A DNA stretch of 64,000 bases from Myxococcales bacterium (GCA_038320275.1 JBBQEB010000001.1:1-64000); one strand, 5' to 3'; counted from the first letter of the stretch, positions 21,346-31,474 are shown. Translations and numbers: made by a program. Notes: generated by a model from the letters alone, not told the origin.

Positions 21346-23811
21346 ATGACCACCCTCCCGCAGCTCGCGCGGCGCCTCGCGGGCTCCCTGGCCGTGCCTG
21401 CGCTCCTCGGCGCCTACGTTCTCTCGACCGCCATCGAGCAGGGCGGGACGGCTCGCTGGGAGGCGCTGCGCCCCGTACTCCCCTTCGCGGTCGCAGCCTT
21501 GGTGCTCATCCCGGCTGTCTGGCTGTACCTGGCCGCGGCGCCGATGCTGCGGTTGGTTCGGGAGGGGCCGGCGGAGGGGCGGGCGAGGCGGCGCGCCGGT
21601 GCGCGGGCGCTCCTCCTGCCTCTCCATGCCGCCCTGGACCTCTTCGCGGCGGTGAACGCGTTCGGTGCCCTCCTCGTCCTTGCGCAGTTGCGGAGTGGGC
21701 TACCGGTCGACCTCGGGATCGCTCAAATTGCAGGCTCCTTCGCGCTCTCCGTGATGGCCGCGATGTTCGGCTACGCGACCACCGCGCTCGCCACGGCCCC
21801 CCTGCTGCTCCGGCTCGGGCCGGTCGACCTCCGCTCACGAGGCACGCTGGGGGCCAAGATCCTCGGCGCCTGCTCGGGCCTGCTCGTGATCTCGACGCTC
21901 CTCGTCGGCGCCACCTCGTACGGCCGCTACCGCCTGGACGTGGATCGGGCGTATCTGGAAGCCGCGCACTCCGCGCAGGAGCACGCCGCAGCCATCCTCG
22001 ACGCACGCGGGCCTGCGGCGGCCGCCGAGTTCGTGGAGCTGGTCACCCGCGGCGCGACGGCGGTGCTCGGGCCGGACGGTGGCGTCCTCGCGTCGAGCGG
22101 CGACATAGAGGGCGAGCGCCTGGTGGGCGGCGCAGCAGGCGTCTCGGAGGAGGAGGGCGGCTGGGTGGTGCGCCGGCCGGCGGGGGCGTACACCATCGCG
22201 ACCTTCCTCCCCGACGAGCCTCTGCGGCTGCAGCGAGTGGCCTTCCGCAGGGAGGCGGCGAAGCTCGGGCTGGCACTGCTCCTCGCGGCCGCCATCCTGG
22301 TGGCCCTCACCGCCCGCTTCCTGTCGCGTCCCGTGGTGCTGCTCGAGCGCGCCGCCCGGAGCATGGCGGCCGGCGACCTGTCGGTTTCCCCGCCCACGCT
22401 CTCGCGCGACGAGATCGGGCGCCTCGCGAGCGAGTTTCGCAAGATGGCGGAAGGGCTCGCGAGCCTGGTGCGCGAGGTGAAGGCCGCGTCGGTGGGCGTG
22501 GAGGAAGGCTCGACGGAGCTTGCCGCCATCGGCGCGCAGGTGAGGAGCGGGGCCGAGGAGGCTCACGGGAGGCTCCTGGGGATCCAGGCCTCCGTCGAGG
22601 CCATGCAGGGCTCGGTGACGATGGTGGGCCAGGGCCTGGGAGGGCTCGCCGACGACGTGCACACCACCTCCGCGACGGTGAGTGAGATGGCCGCCGCGCT
22701 GGAGGAGGTCAGGCGCCAGGCCCAGGAGCTCGGGCAGCGAGTGCTCGCCTCGCAGAAGGACTCGGAGGAGCTCGCCCGCGCGGGAAAGCTGGCGGAAGAC
22801 GGGCTGGCGTCGCTCGACGTCCTGGCGCGCAGCGCCCACCAGACGGTGGACGGGGTGACGGTGTCCGCCTCGGCGCTGGAGACCGCCGCCGTCGAGAGCC
22901 AGCTCGCGTCGGCACAGGCCGCCGAGCTGGCCGAGAGCGCGGAGGCGGTGGTGGGCGAGGCCGCTGCGAGCTTCGAGCGGCTGCGCTCGGCCGTGAGCGA
23001 CGCCAAGGCCCGCGTGCGGGGGCTGGGACGCCGTTCCGATCAGGTGGAGACCATCCTCGACTTCATCGGCGAGGTGGCAGGCCGGACGAACCTCCTGTCC
23101 CTCAACGCCTCCATCATCGCCTCGCAGGCGGGCGAGCACGGCCGGTCGTTCGGGGTGGTGGCTCACCAGATCCGGGAGCTGGCGGCGCAGATCTCGGCGT
23201 CCACCAAGTCCATCGGCGACATCATCGGCGCGGTGCGCGATGACGTCGCGGGGACGGCGCGGCTCATCGAGCGCACCGACGAGCTCGCCGCCGCCGGCGT
23301 GGATCACGAGCGGAGGTCGATCGCGGCCCTCCAGGAGATCCGCACCGCCACCGCCCGGGGACACGAGACGGCGGCGGCCATCCGGGACGCCGTACAGATC
23401 CATGCGCAATCGACCCGCGAGGTGAACGACCTGGTCGCCTCGGTGGCGGAGAGCTCCCAGCTCCTCGGCGAAGCGGTGAGGATGGTGGCCAAGAACGTGG
23501 AGGGGGCGGGCGGCGTCTCCCGGGCCGTGGGCGAGCTCGCCAGCAGGGTGACCCGCGAGCTGGGGGAGCAGTCGGGCCTCGGGCGGCGGCAGCTCGAGAG
23601 CCTGGAGCGGATCGACGCCATGCTCGCGGACATCGGCCGTGCGGTGGCGAATCACGACGCGGCCACCCGCCGCATGCGCGAGGCGCTGGCGAGCCTGGAT
23701 CAGGTGGCGGTTCAGCACGACGGCGCGGTGGTCGAGCTCTCAGGCATCGGCGAGCGCCTGGCCGGCCGCTCGCGGGCCTTGGCGGAGCGCGTCGGGAAGT
23801 TCAAATTATAG
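21346..23811 (+). CDS. Methyl-accepting chemotaxis protein (multi-TM N-terminus, HAMP, long signalling domain)
   Basis: HAMP RDEIGRLA; hairpin tip RTNLLSLNASIIASQAGEHGRSFGVVA. Confidence 0.88.
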   Translation: MTTLPQLARRLAGSLAVPALLGAYVLSTAIEQGGTARWEALRPVLPFAVAALVLIPAVWLYLAAAPMLRLVREGPAEGRARRRAGARALLLPLHAALDLFAAVNAFGALLVLAQLRSGLPVDLGIAQIAGSFALSVMAAMFGYATTALATAPLLLRLGPVDLRSRGTLGAKILGACSGLLVISTLLVGATSYGRYRLDVDRAYLEAAHSAQEHAAAILDARGPAAAAEFVELVTRGATAVLGPDGGVLASSGDIEGERLVGGAAGVSEEEGGWVVRRPAGAYTIATFLPDEPLRLQRVAFRREAAKLGLALLLAAAILVALTARFLSRPVVLLERAARSMAAGDLSVSPPTLSRDEIGRLASEFRKMAEGLASLVREVKAASVGVEEGSTELAAIGAQVRSGAEEAHGRLLGIQASVEAMQGSVTMVGQGLGGLADDVHTTSATVSEMAAALEEVRRQAQELGQRVLASQKDSEELARAGKLAEDGLASLDVLARSAHQTVDGVTVSASALETAAVESQLASAQAAELAESAEAVVGEAAASFERLRSAVSDAKARVRGLGRRSDQVETILDFIGEVAGRTNLLSLNASIIASQAGEHGRSFGVVAHQIRELAAQISASTKSIGDIIGAVRDDVAGTARLIERTDELAAAGVDHERRSIAALQEIRTATARGHETAAAIRDAVQIHAQSTREVNDLVASVAESSQLLGEAVRMVAKNVEGAGGVSRAVGELASRVTRELGEQSGLGRRQLESLERIDAMLADIGRAVANHDAATRRMREALASLDQVAVQHDGAVVELSGIGERLAGRSRALAERVGKFKL

Positions 23812-23850
23812 AAGAGGGCAGGGGCTCCCGCCCTCCGGCCAGGTGAACCC

Positions 23851-24864
23851 ATGCTCCAGCTCATGCAGCGCATCCTGAACCTCGACTGGCGCCGGCGCGG
23901 CGGCGTCATGCGCGAGGTGCCCATCGCGGGCTGCCACGTCTGGTACGCCGAGTTCCGGCCGAAGCTCGCCGACCTGCAGGAGCTGCGTCACGTGGCGCGG
24001 CGGGCGCGCGCCCGCGGCGAAGCGGGCGCGGTGGCACGCCCGCCCACGCTCGTCCTCTTCCATGGGCTGGGCGCGTCCAGCACGAGCTTCTACCCCGTCA
24101 TCGAGCACCTCCGCCGCGGCTACCGGGTGATCGTCCCCGACCTGCCCGGCTACGGCTGGTCCCGGACGCCCAAGGGCCGCGAGTACCTGGCCTTCTCCGA
24201 GCTGGTGGACGTCGCCGAGAAGTTCGTCGCCCGGGTCGCGCCGCGGGGCGCCTACCTCGCTGGCAACTCCATGGGGGGCTGGATCTCGGCGAAGATCGCC
24301 TCCCGCCGCCCCGACCTCGTCCGCGGCCTCGCCCTGCTCAATCCCGGCGGTCCGGCGCTCCGGACCGAGGACTGGGTGGACTTCGCGCGCGTGGTGCTGG
24401 CCGAGGAGAAGGGCTCCATCGAGGAGTGGCTCTCCCGCATGTTCCACAAGACGCCGCTGCACATGCGGCTCATGTCGCGCGACTTCCGCCGCATCATGCG
24501 CGGCCCCTCGGTGGCCCAGCTCATGGGGAGCCTGCAGGACCACGATTTCCTCTCCGACGAGGAGATGGCGAGGGTGAAGGGGCCTTCGGTGCTGGTGTGG
24601 GGAGAGAACGACCGGCTCATCCCCGAAGGATGCAAGGCGTTCTATCTCAAGAAGCTGAAGGGGGTGCGCTACGAGCCGGTGCCCGACTGCGGACACTGCC
24701 CGCAGCTCGAGTGCCCCGATCGCACCGCCGACATCCTCCTTCAGCTCCCGTCCCTCGCGCAGAAGGAGGAGGAGCGCCTCCGTGGGCTGGCGGGCCCGGT
24801 TCCAGCAGTTCCGCAGCGCCGGCGGAGGGTGAAGGCCCTCGCGCGGGCGGCGACGAGGGGCTGA
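23851..24864 (+). CDS. Alpha/beta fold hydrolase
   Basis: FHGLG, DLPGYG, nucleophile GNSMGG, GENDRL, GHCPQLE. Confidence 0.88.
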   Translation: MLQLMQRILNLDWRRRGGVMREVPIAGCHVWYAEFRPKLADLQELRHVARRARARGEAGAVARPPTLVLFHGLGASSTSFYPVIEHLRRGYRVIVPDLPGYGWSRTPKGREYLAFSELVDVAEKFVARVAPRGAYLAGNSMGGWISAKIASRRPDLVRGLALLNPGGPALRTEDWVDFARVVLAEEKGSIEEWLSRMFHKTPLHMRLMSRDFRRIMRGPSVAQLMGSLQDHDFLSDEEMARVKGPSVLVWGENDRLIPEGCKAFYLKKLKGVRYEPVPDCGHCPQLECPDRTADILLQLPSLAQKEEERLRGLAGPVPAVPQRRRRVKALARAATRG

Positions 24865-24865
24865 C

Positions 24866-25046
24866 AGCGGAGCCCACTTGGTCTGAGCCCGTCGCGAGGC
24901 ACACGATGCCGTCGATGAGCCGGGCACACGAGGAGGGAGCAGCGGAGGCGTACCTGGAAGGTACGACGAGCAGCGGACCGACAAGTCTGCCCGGCGCAGG
25001 CAGGCAGCGTGCGCCGCAGCAGGGATCAGATCGAGTGGTCTCCGCT
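24866..25046. repeat. 181-nt long hairpin element (MITE-like or structured RNA) between convergent genes
   Basis: 21-nt terminal inverted repeats (18/21 Watson-Crick plus 2 G-U) and nested stems GCCGGGCA/TGCCCGGC and CGTACC/GGTACG. Confidence 0.7.
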
Positions 25047-25055
25047 ATGAGGTCT

Positions 25056-25973
25056 CTAAAGCCCCATGCGCGCCTGGGGCTGTCCCAGGGTCCCGAAGAT
25101 CTGGAACCCGAAGCTGCCGTCCTTGCCGCGCGCCTGCGCCAGCGCGAGCTCGGCGACGCTCTTGAACCCGGCGGTGCCGCTGCGCGACCAGAACGCGTCC
25201 CGCACCACGAGGCGGACTTTTCCGAAGATGGGCGCGTAGGCGAGCCTCGGGCCGAGCACGCAGTAGAGCCCCTCGCCCGACACCTCCAGGTCGCCGCCCT
25301 TGCTCTCCAGCCGCTCGAAGGCGAGCCGCCCGTCCTTTGCCACCGCCCGCGCCGTGACCTGGCCCAGGGCGACCCGCGGCACGCTGAGCGCCCCACCCAT
25401 GCCCGGCACCTGCACTTCGCCGCCATTCAGGGCGGCGTCCCTCACCTCGAGGTCGAGGTGGCCGCTGCTCCTGGCCGGCTCGCGCTCGTCGAGCGTGAGG
25501 TCCACCTCGCCGGCCACCTTGCCGCCCAGGTCGAGGCCGACCGCCTTGCGCAGCGCCGCGGCGCGGGCGAGGTCCACGCCCGTCACGGTGGCCGCGAGGT
25601 GCCGCCGGACCGAGCCCTCCTCCACGAAGCCCTTCACCCGGCCGTCGAAGAGCGACGCGGAGAAGGTCAGCCCGCGGCCCCCCCTCAGGAAGGAGAGGAG
25701 GCGCACGCTGGCATCGACCCGCTCGAGCGGGATGCGCAGGCCCTCGCTCGACTCCAGCGTCACGCCGGTCATGCCGATGCCGGCCAGGCCCGAGGGCGCC
25801 ACGTCGACGGCGCTGAGGCTCCATCCCCGCGCTGCGGCTTCCAGCACCAGCCGCTCCTTCACCGCCTCGGCGGGGAAGGTGAGCCGGAGGGCGAGGGTGA
25901 AGGAGACCAGCGCGAAGCCAGCGTAGGCGAGGCGGCGCTGCCAGGGGCGCAGGACGAGGGTGGGTCGCTTCAC
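25056..25973 (-). CDS. gspN: T2SS protein GspN
   Basis: N-terminal TM with LTFP, beta-rich periplasmic domain; last gene of the gsp operon. Confidence 0.75.
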   Translation of the reverse strand: MKRPTLVLRPWQRRLAYAGFALVSFTLALRLTFPAEAVKERLVLEAAARGWSLSAVDVAPSGLAGIGMTGVTLESSEGLRIPLERVDASVRLLSFLRGGRGLTFSASLFDGRVKGFVEEGSVRRHLAATVTGVDLARAAALRKAVGLDLGGKVAGEVDLTLDEREPARSSGHLDLEVRDAALNGGEVQVPGMGGALSVPRVALGQVTARAVAKDGRLAFERLESKGGDLEVSGEGLYCVLGPRLAYAPIFGKVRLVVRDAFWSRSGTAGFKSVAELALAQARGKDGSFGFQIFGTLGQPQARMGL

Positions 25974-26536
25974 GTCTTCAGCCCGTAGGTGGCGACGAGG
26001 ATGGTCACGTCGACCGCGCTCGGGTCGTCGCTCCGCGTGCGCAGGCTGAGCCGCCGCACCTTCACCACGCCAGGCCCGCGCTCCAGCTCCTGCAGGAGCG
26101 CCGCCAGGCGGGTGAGCTCCAGCTTGGCGAGGCTCACCTCCACCGTGTCCTCGGTCACCTTGTCGCCAGCGGCGGCCGGGGTCGCCGCCGTGCCGGGGCG
26201 CAGGTCGTTCACCTCGATGCCGAGCCGCTGACCGGTCTGCGCGACGTAGCTCATGAGCTGCAGGGGAGGGCCCTTCAGCTTCGCCTCGAGCTGGGCGCGC
26301 TCCGCCTGCTGCGCGCGGTAGCCCTGCGCGAGCTTGCTCACCCGCGACAGCACCTGCGTCTTCGCTCCGATGCGCGCCTCCCGCGCGCTCATCCCGCGCT
26401 GGAGCCGGCTCCCGCTCATGAGGACCACGAAGAGGGCGACCGCCGCCGCGGCGAGCGACACCAGCGCACGCTCCCGCTGTGACAGCCGCCCGAACCAGGC
26501 CTCGAGGTCCGACTGCAGTGCGCGCAGGCGCTCCAT
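25970..26536 (-). CDS. gspM: T2SS protein GspM
   Basis: WFGRLSQRERALV + TM + ferredoxin-like C-terminus; follows gspL. Confidence 0.8.
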   Translation of the reverse strand: MERLRALQSDLEAWFGRLSQRERALVSLAAAAVALFVVLMSGSRLQRGMSAREARIGAKTQVLSRVSKLAQGYRAQQAERAQLEAKLKGPPLQLMSYVAQTGQRLGIEVNDLRPGTAATPAAAGDKVTEDTVEVSLAKLELTRLAALLQELERGPGVVKVRRLSLRTRSDDPSAVDVTILVATYGLKT

Positions 26537-26537
26537 T

Positions 26538-28058
26538 CTAGCCTTTCGCCGCCGGCTTCTCGCCGGTGTCGCAGGTGAGGTCCGAGTCCACCGTGAACTC
26601 GAACTTGCCGTCGCTGGTGCGCCGCCGGGCGCCGCCCGAGCGCGCGTCTCCGAAGCAGCGCGAGGCGCGCAGGCCGGACACCACCCGATCGACGTTCTCG
26701 GCCGCATCGGTGGTGCCCTGCAGGTGCAGCTTGTCGCGCGTGATCTCGATGCGGTCGTAGCGGAGAGCGACGTCGGCGGGGGTGCGGGCCGCGAGCTCGA
26801 CGAACACGTCGAGCGCGCTGTCGCGCGGGATGGCGGCGGCGGCCGTCCCCTTGCCCCGCAGCACCGAGACGGCGGTGTCGAAGTCCTCGTAGCAGCGCCC
26901 CACCAGCTTGCGGGTCGCGTCGCAGAGCGCGCGGTCGAGGAGCGCCTCCTGCCGGGAGAGGGCGAACGCGCGCACCGACGCGGAGGCGAGCGCGAGGACG
27001 AGGAGCAGCGCCACCCAGGCTCCCAGACGCAGCACCTTCCCGCGCAGGTGCTGGAAGTCGCGGGTGTAGGCGAGGTCGCCCCGGCGGAGGTTGAGGCGCG
27101 GGGCGCGCGAGCCGAGGCCGCCGCGCAGCGCCAGCGCCAGCGCCAGCGCGAACCGCGGCGCATCGGCGGCTGGAATCACCGCCGCGAGCCCGGGCGCGAG
27201 GGCGAGCGGCTCGACGGCGCCGGCCTCCGCGGCGAGCGCCTCGGCGAGCCCGGGCAGCTCCGCCGCGCCCCCGGCGAGGAGAATGCGCCGCACGGGGGGG
27301 GCGCCCCCGGGCGACCGCCCGCGCCAGGCCCGCAGCGTCGCCCGGACCTCGCGCGCGAGCGGCACGGCGCCGCCGGGCGGCGTGAGGAAGGTGCGGGCCG
27401 CCTGGCAGGTGCCGCCTGCCACGACGCACACGCTGGTGCGGGTGGCGCCCGCGTCCACCACCGCCTCGGCGTCCCCGACGCCGGTGGCGACATTCGCCGG
27501 CGCGGCCTCCGGTTCCGATGCTGGGACGTCGGCCCAGGCCCGGGCTTCGAGCACGCTTGGCTCCAGCAGGGAAGCGTACGCGAGCCCTGGCGGCACGACT
27601 GCACGGGGATCGACTCCCACGGCCGCCAGGCCGGACAGGAGCTGCGCGAGGTCCGCCTTGCGCACGACGCCCACCAGGAGCTCGCTCTTGCCATCCCCGG
27701 TGCGGGCCGGTTGCCAGTCCCAGGCGACATCGGCCAGGTCGAACGGGATCTGCGACTCGACCTCGAACCCCACCGTCTGCTCGATGCGCCGGGGGTCTTC
27801 GAAGGGCAGGGTCACGTGGTGCGATGCGGAGGCGCCGGGCAGCGCGACCACGGCGGCGTCGAAGGCGAGCCCCACCAGCGCCTCCCGAGCGGCCTCGAGC
27901 TGGCGTTCGAGGGGGGTGGCCGGCGCGGCGCCTTCGACGGGCGGTGCCACGGCCACCTCCCGAGCCGCGGAGACGGTGAAGCCGCGGTGGGTTCCCTCCA
28001 CCACCACGGCCTTCACCGCGCGCGCGCCGAGGTCGAGTCCGAGGATGCGCTGGGCCAT
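26538..28058 (-). CDS. gspL: T2SS protein GspL (PilM/actin-like + TM + PilN-like)
   Basis: ILGLDLGARAVK, FEVESQIPFDL, LNLRRG before the TM. Confidence 0.8.
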   Translation of the reverse strand: MAQRILGLDLGARAVKAVVVEGTHRGFTVSAAREVAVAPPVEGAAPATPLERQLEAAREALVGLAFDAAVVALPGASASHHVTLPFEDPRRIEQTVGFEVESQIPFDLADVAWDWQPARTGDGKSELLVGVVRKADLAQLLSGLAAVGVDPRAVVPPGLAYASLLEPSVLEARAWADVPASEPEAAPANVATGVGDAEAVVDAGATRTSVCVVAGGTCQAARTFLTPPGGAVPLAREVRATLRAWRGRSPGGAPPVRRILLAGGAAELPGLAEALAAEAGAVEPLALAPGLAAVIPAADAPRFALALALALRGGLGSRAPRLNLRRGDLAYTRDFQHLRGKVLRLGAWVALLLVLALASASVRAFALSRQEALLDRALCDATRKLVGRCYEDFDTAVSVLRGKGTAAAAIPRDSALDVFVELAARTPADVALRYDRIEITRDKLHLQGTTDAAENVDRVVSGLRASRCFGDARSGGARRRTSDGKFEFTVDSDLTCDTGEKPAAKG

Positions 28059-28060
28059 CC

Positions 28061-29377
28061 CTATTCCTCATGCCAGTGGAGGAGCCGCCCCTGGTCCTGG
28101 GCGAGCCCCTCCGCGCGGCGGTCGAACGTGACGACTGCGTCGATGGTGGACCGGACGTCGCCCGCCACCCCGACCGCATGGATGCGGAACGTGCTGGAGC
28201 GATCGCCGAACGGATTGCGGCGATCGGAGCCCTGCGCCTGGGCGTAGATCGCGCCCACCTTCACGCCCAGCGCCTGCAGCACGGTGGCGAACTGCGAGGC
28301 GGTCATCGCCATGAACGGCAGCGGACGCGCCAGGGTGAGCCCAGCCGCCAGCTTCTGGAGGAAGCCGGGGTCGAGCGTCGCTGCCTGGAACTGGCCGGGC
28401 GGGTCGGACATCATGAGCGCGTTGGCGAGGAGCTGCTGCGGGTCGCTGGTGTTCACGTTGATGGGCGCGTCCACGTCCGGGTAGACGGTGAGCTGATCGC
28501 CGAAGGCCGCCATGAAGGCGTCCGTCACCCCGCCCACCAGGTACAGCTCGTCGAGCGAGTCGAACGGCGCGTTCTTCGCCTTGTAGCGGTCCGCGAGCCG
28601 GTCGTAGAGGTAGTTCTCGTCGCCGAAGCCGGGCTCGAAGGGCTTGACTGGATCGCCAGTGAAGGAGGAGCTCACCTCGTCCACGTCCTCCCAGTCGCGG
28701 ATCGCGGCGAAGAGGTCTTTGCGGGAGACGCGAAACCCGTTGGCGTCGTCGGTGTCGAAGAGGAAGTCGTACTTCGGGTCCTTCACCAGTCCGGCGAGGC
28801 GCAGCACCTGGGCGCCTGGCCGTGCGCCGAGCCCGTCGAGCTGGCGCAGGTTCACCTTGCGGTCCTCGTCCTCGATGTCGGCGTGGAACGAGCCTTCGAA
28901 GTCGAAGAAGGAGCGGCGCTGGCCCTCCGCTCCGGGACCCGCGGACGCGCTCGCGAGGGCCACCCGAGGCTGGGAGTCGCCGCCGCCTCCCAGGAAGAGC
29001 GCGGCTGCGGAGGAGTCCACCGGGATGAGCTCCCACAGCCGTACGTTGGCGGTGAGACCGGCGAGCGCACCTGCCGCCGCGGTCGGAGCTCCGCCGGCGG
29101 CGCCGCCCAGGGAGCGCGCGACCCCGGCCAGCGCCGCGCCCTGGACGCCCGTTGCGCCGTCGAGCCGCTGCTGGAAGTGGAGCACGAGCCGCGAGAGCGC
29201 CACCGCGCTCATGGCGAGCCCGTGGGCGCGGAGCTCGTCGCGCGCGTTGGCAGCGGTCTGGAGGGAGACCCGCGTGTTGTAGGCGAGGTCGAGGGTGACC
29301 GCGGTGAGGATGGCGATGGAGGTCACGACCACCAAGAGGGCCGCGCCGCGCTGCCGGAAGGGAGGGGTTCGCGCCAT
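28061..29377 (-). CDS. gspK: T2SS minor pseudopilin GspK
   Basis: RQRG/AALLVV leader; IEDEDRKVNL, KNAPFDSLDEL, INVNT. Confidence 0.88.
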   Translation of the reverse strand: MARTPPFRQRGAALLVVVTSIAILTAVTLDLAYNTRVSLQTAANARDELRAHGLAMSAVALSRLVLHFQQRLDGATGVQGAALAGVARSLGGAAGGAPTAAAGALAGLTANVRLWELIPVDSSAAALFLGGGGDSQPRVALASASAGPGAEGQRRSFFDFEGSFHADIEDEDRKVNLRQLDGLGARPGAQVLRLAGLVKDPKYDFLFDTDDANGFRVSRKDLFAAIRDWEDVDEVSSSFTGDPVKPFEPGFGDENYLYDRLADRYKAKNAPFDSLDELYLVGGVTDAFMAAFGDQLTVYPDVDAPINVNTSDPQQLLANALMMSDPPGQFQAATLDPGFLQKLAAGLTLARPLPFMAMTASQFATVLQALGVKVGAIYAQAQGSDRRNPFGDRSSTFRIHAVGVAGDVRSTIDAVVTFDRRAEGLAQDQGRLLHWHEE

Positions 29378-29379
29378 GG

Positions 29380-30057
29380 TCAGAAGCTCAAGGGACGCAC
29401 GATGGCGACGCGCGCCTGCGTCTCGAAGGAGCGCACCGCGCCGTCCGCCATGCCGAGCCCGAGCCGCACCTTCACCCGGGTGGGCAGCATGTTGGCGTGA
29501 TCGACCGAGCTCGAGACCCACTCGCGCGCCCACTCCTGGCGCTTCCAGTCCCAGTACTGCACGTCGAAGGTCTTCACGTGCTCGCAGACCACCGACTTCG
29601 AGCCCCCGCGGTCGGGGTTCTCGTCGATGCGGGCGCGCTCGCGGCGGAAGAGGGCGTTCTCCCCGGCGTGCTCCGGGTCGGGCTCGACCGTGTACTCCAC
29701 CACCGACTGGTCCGACTCCTTGACGTCGCGCGCCAGGCGGGCGTGGCTCATGGTGGTGAAGAGGAGGTCGTCGCGATCCCCGCCGTCCTTCCCGCGGAAG
29801 ACGGTGGGGGGCTCGCGGTAGCGCTTCCGGTCGTAGTGGTCGGACAGGTAGGCCTCCGACAGCTCCCGTGCCATTCGGGAGAGCGCCACCCGCGCCGAGG
29901 CGAACCGCTCGTCCTGCCCCTCCACCAGCTCGCGCGCGGCGTAGGCGCGCTGGAACGCGCCCAGCACCATTACCCCCAGGATGGCGGTGATGCCGACGGC
30001 GATCATCACCTCGACCAGCGTGAAGCCCCTCGGCGTCGGCGTCTGGCGGCCGCTCAT
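29380..30057 (-). CDS. gspJ: T2SS minor pseudopilin GspJ
   Basis: RG/FTLVEVMIA prepilin motif; position in operon. Confidence 0.85.
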   Translation of the reverse strand: MSGRQTPTPRGFTLVEVMIAVGITAILGVMVLGAFQRAYAARELVEGQDERFASARVALSRMARELSEAYLSDHYDRKRYREPPTVFRGKDGGDRDDLLFTTMSHARLARDVKESDQSVVEYTVEPDPEHAGENALFRRERARIDENPDRGGSKSVVCEHVKTFDVQYWDWKRQEWAREWVSSSVDHANMLPTRVKVRLGLGMADGAVRSFETQARVAIVRPLSF

Positions 30058-30848
30058 CGCCGGTCTCCGGTGCGAGGCAGGCCAGGGGTGCCGGTGGCGC
30101 TGGGCCGGGAGGTGTCGCCGGCGGCGCTCCCGGCAGTCCCGCCGAGCGCCGATCCCGCCGGCATGCCAGGGATGGCCGCGATGGTCTGCGGGACCTCGGG
30201 GTTGTCGCCGCGCGCTCCGCCCGGCGCCTTGGGGTTGAGCACCAGGAGGTGCGTGGTGACGGTGAAGCCGCGCGGCGTCCGCCCGTCGGTCCAGGAGACG
30301 GTGAGGCGCAGCTCCCGCAGCGACCGCTTCACCGTCTCGCCCAGCACGGTGAGCTGCGTCTGGAGCATCCCGGAGAGCATGCCCGCGAGCGGGCTCGCGC
30401 CGGTGGTGGGACCGCCGGCCGCAGCCCCCGCGGCCGCCGCCGCCGAAGCCCCGGCACCGCCCATCAGCTTGCCCAGCAGTGCCGAGGGGTCCGCGCCCGC
30501 CCCGCCGATCATCGAGACGAGCTGGTCGCCGGTGAGCTGCGGATCGGGCTTCACGAGGTCGGCGCGCCAGCGCACCTCGGCCCGCCCGGCCTCCGCGAAG
30601 TCGCCCTCCTCGGTCTCGTCCTGATCCCGGAAGCCCTGGTCGTCGTACTTCTGCTCCAGCTCGGCGAGCTTCCCGCGGGCGAGCAGCGTCGCGCTGGAGA
30701 GGTCGCGCGCGTAGACGTGGTTCCGGATGGCGTTGCCGAGCAGGTCGGAGAGCGCCATCAGCGCCGCCGCGAGGAGCGCGAGCGCGACCATGACCTCGAG
30801 GAGCGTGAAGCCCCTCGCCCCGCCCCGGGAGTGCCCCCACGCGCTCAC
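30054..30848 (-). CDS. gspI: T2SS minor pseudopilin GspI
   Basis: RG/FTLLEVMVALA; LRELRLTVSW; position in operon. Confidence 0.82.
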   Translation of the reverse strand: MSAWGHSRGGARGFTLLEVMVALALLAAALMALSDLLGNAIRNHVYARDLSSATLLARGKLAELEQKYDDQGFRDQDETEEGDFAEAGRAEVRWRADLVKPDPQLTGDQLVSMIGGAGADPSALLGKLMGGAGASAAAAAGAAAGGPTTGASPLAGMLSGMLQTQLTVLGETVKRSLRELRLTVSWTDGRTPRGFTVTTHLLVLNPKAPGGARGDNPEVPQTIAAIPGMPAGSALGGTAGSAAGDTSRPSATGTPGLPRTGDRR

Positions 30849-31474
30849 GTGCGGGGGACCTCCGGCTTGCCCGTCACCACCCGCGCCCGCCCCGTGAAGG
30901 CCTGCGTGACGACCGAGTAGACGGAGTCGCCATCCACCAGGGGGATGCGGGCCGCCTCCGCCTGCCCGTGCGGGTAGAAATAGACGTAGGCCATGCCGCG
31001 CGAGACCGGCTCCCGCTCGTGCTCGCTCCAGACCTCGGAGAAGTGAGCGCTCCCAGGGAGCGTGCGCTTCCTCGCCAGGCGGTCGTTGAAGGCGCCGAAC
31101 TTCGCGCGGGCGAGGAGCTTCCGCTTCTCGGCGTCGCGCTCGTCGGGGAAGCGCTCCTCCAGCGCGGCGTCGTCCTCCTCGCGAGCGGCGGCGCGATCGC
31201 CGCCGCGCGGGACGAACGCCTTGTCCTTGGTGCACTCCGCCCACCAGTCGCGCGCGTCGAGATCGAGCGCCAGGCGGCAGGTGGCGTGCCGTAGCGCAGC
31301 GGTCTCGAAGAGGTAGCGCGCCGCCCCCGCCAGCTCCCCGGCCGCGCCGCGGGCGTTCGCGCCCGTCACCGAGCTCAGCGCCGGTCCGGTCGCGGCCGCG
31401 AGGATGGCCACGATCGCCACCGCGATGAGGAGCTCGATGAGCGTGAAGCCCTGGGGCGTGCGGCTGCGGCGCAT
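30845..31474 (-). CDS. gspH: T2SS minor pseudopilin GspH
   Basis: QG/FTLIELLIA; YFYPHG; follows gspG. Confidence 0.82.
   Translation of the reverse strand: MRRSRTPQGFTLIELLIAVAIVAILAAATGPALSSVTGANARGAAGELAGAARYLFETAALRHATCRLALDLDARDWWAECTKDKAFVPRGGDRAAAREEDDAALEERFPDERDAEKRKLLARAKFGAFNDRLARKRTLPGSAHFSEVWSEHEREPVSRGMAYVYFYPHGQAEAARIPLVDGDSVYSVVTQAFTGRARVVTGKPEVPRT

Noticed and set aside
24866..25046. 6S RNA or tRNA call for the hairpin element
   Set aside because: No cloverleaf; the bubble is apical rather than central and no promoter is evident; kept only as an unclassified element.
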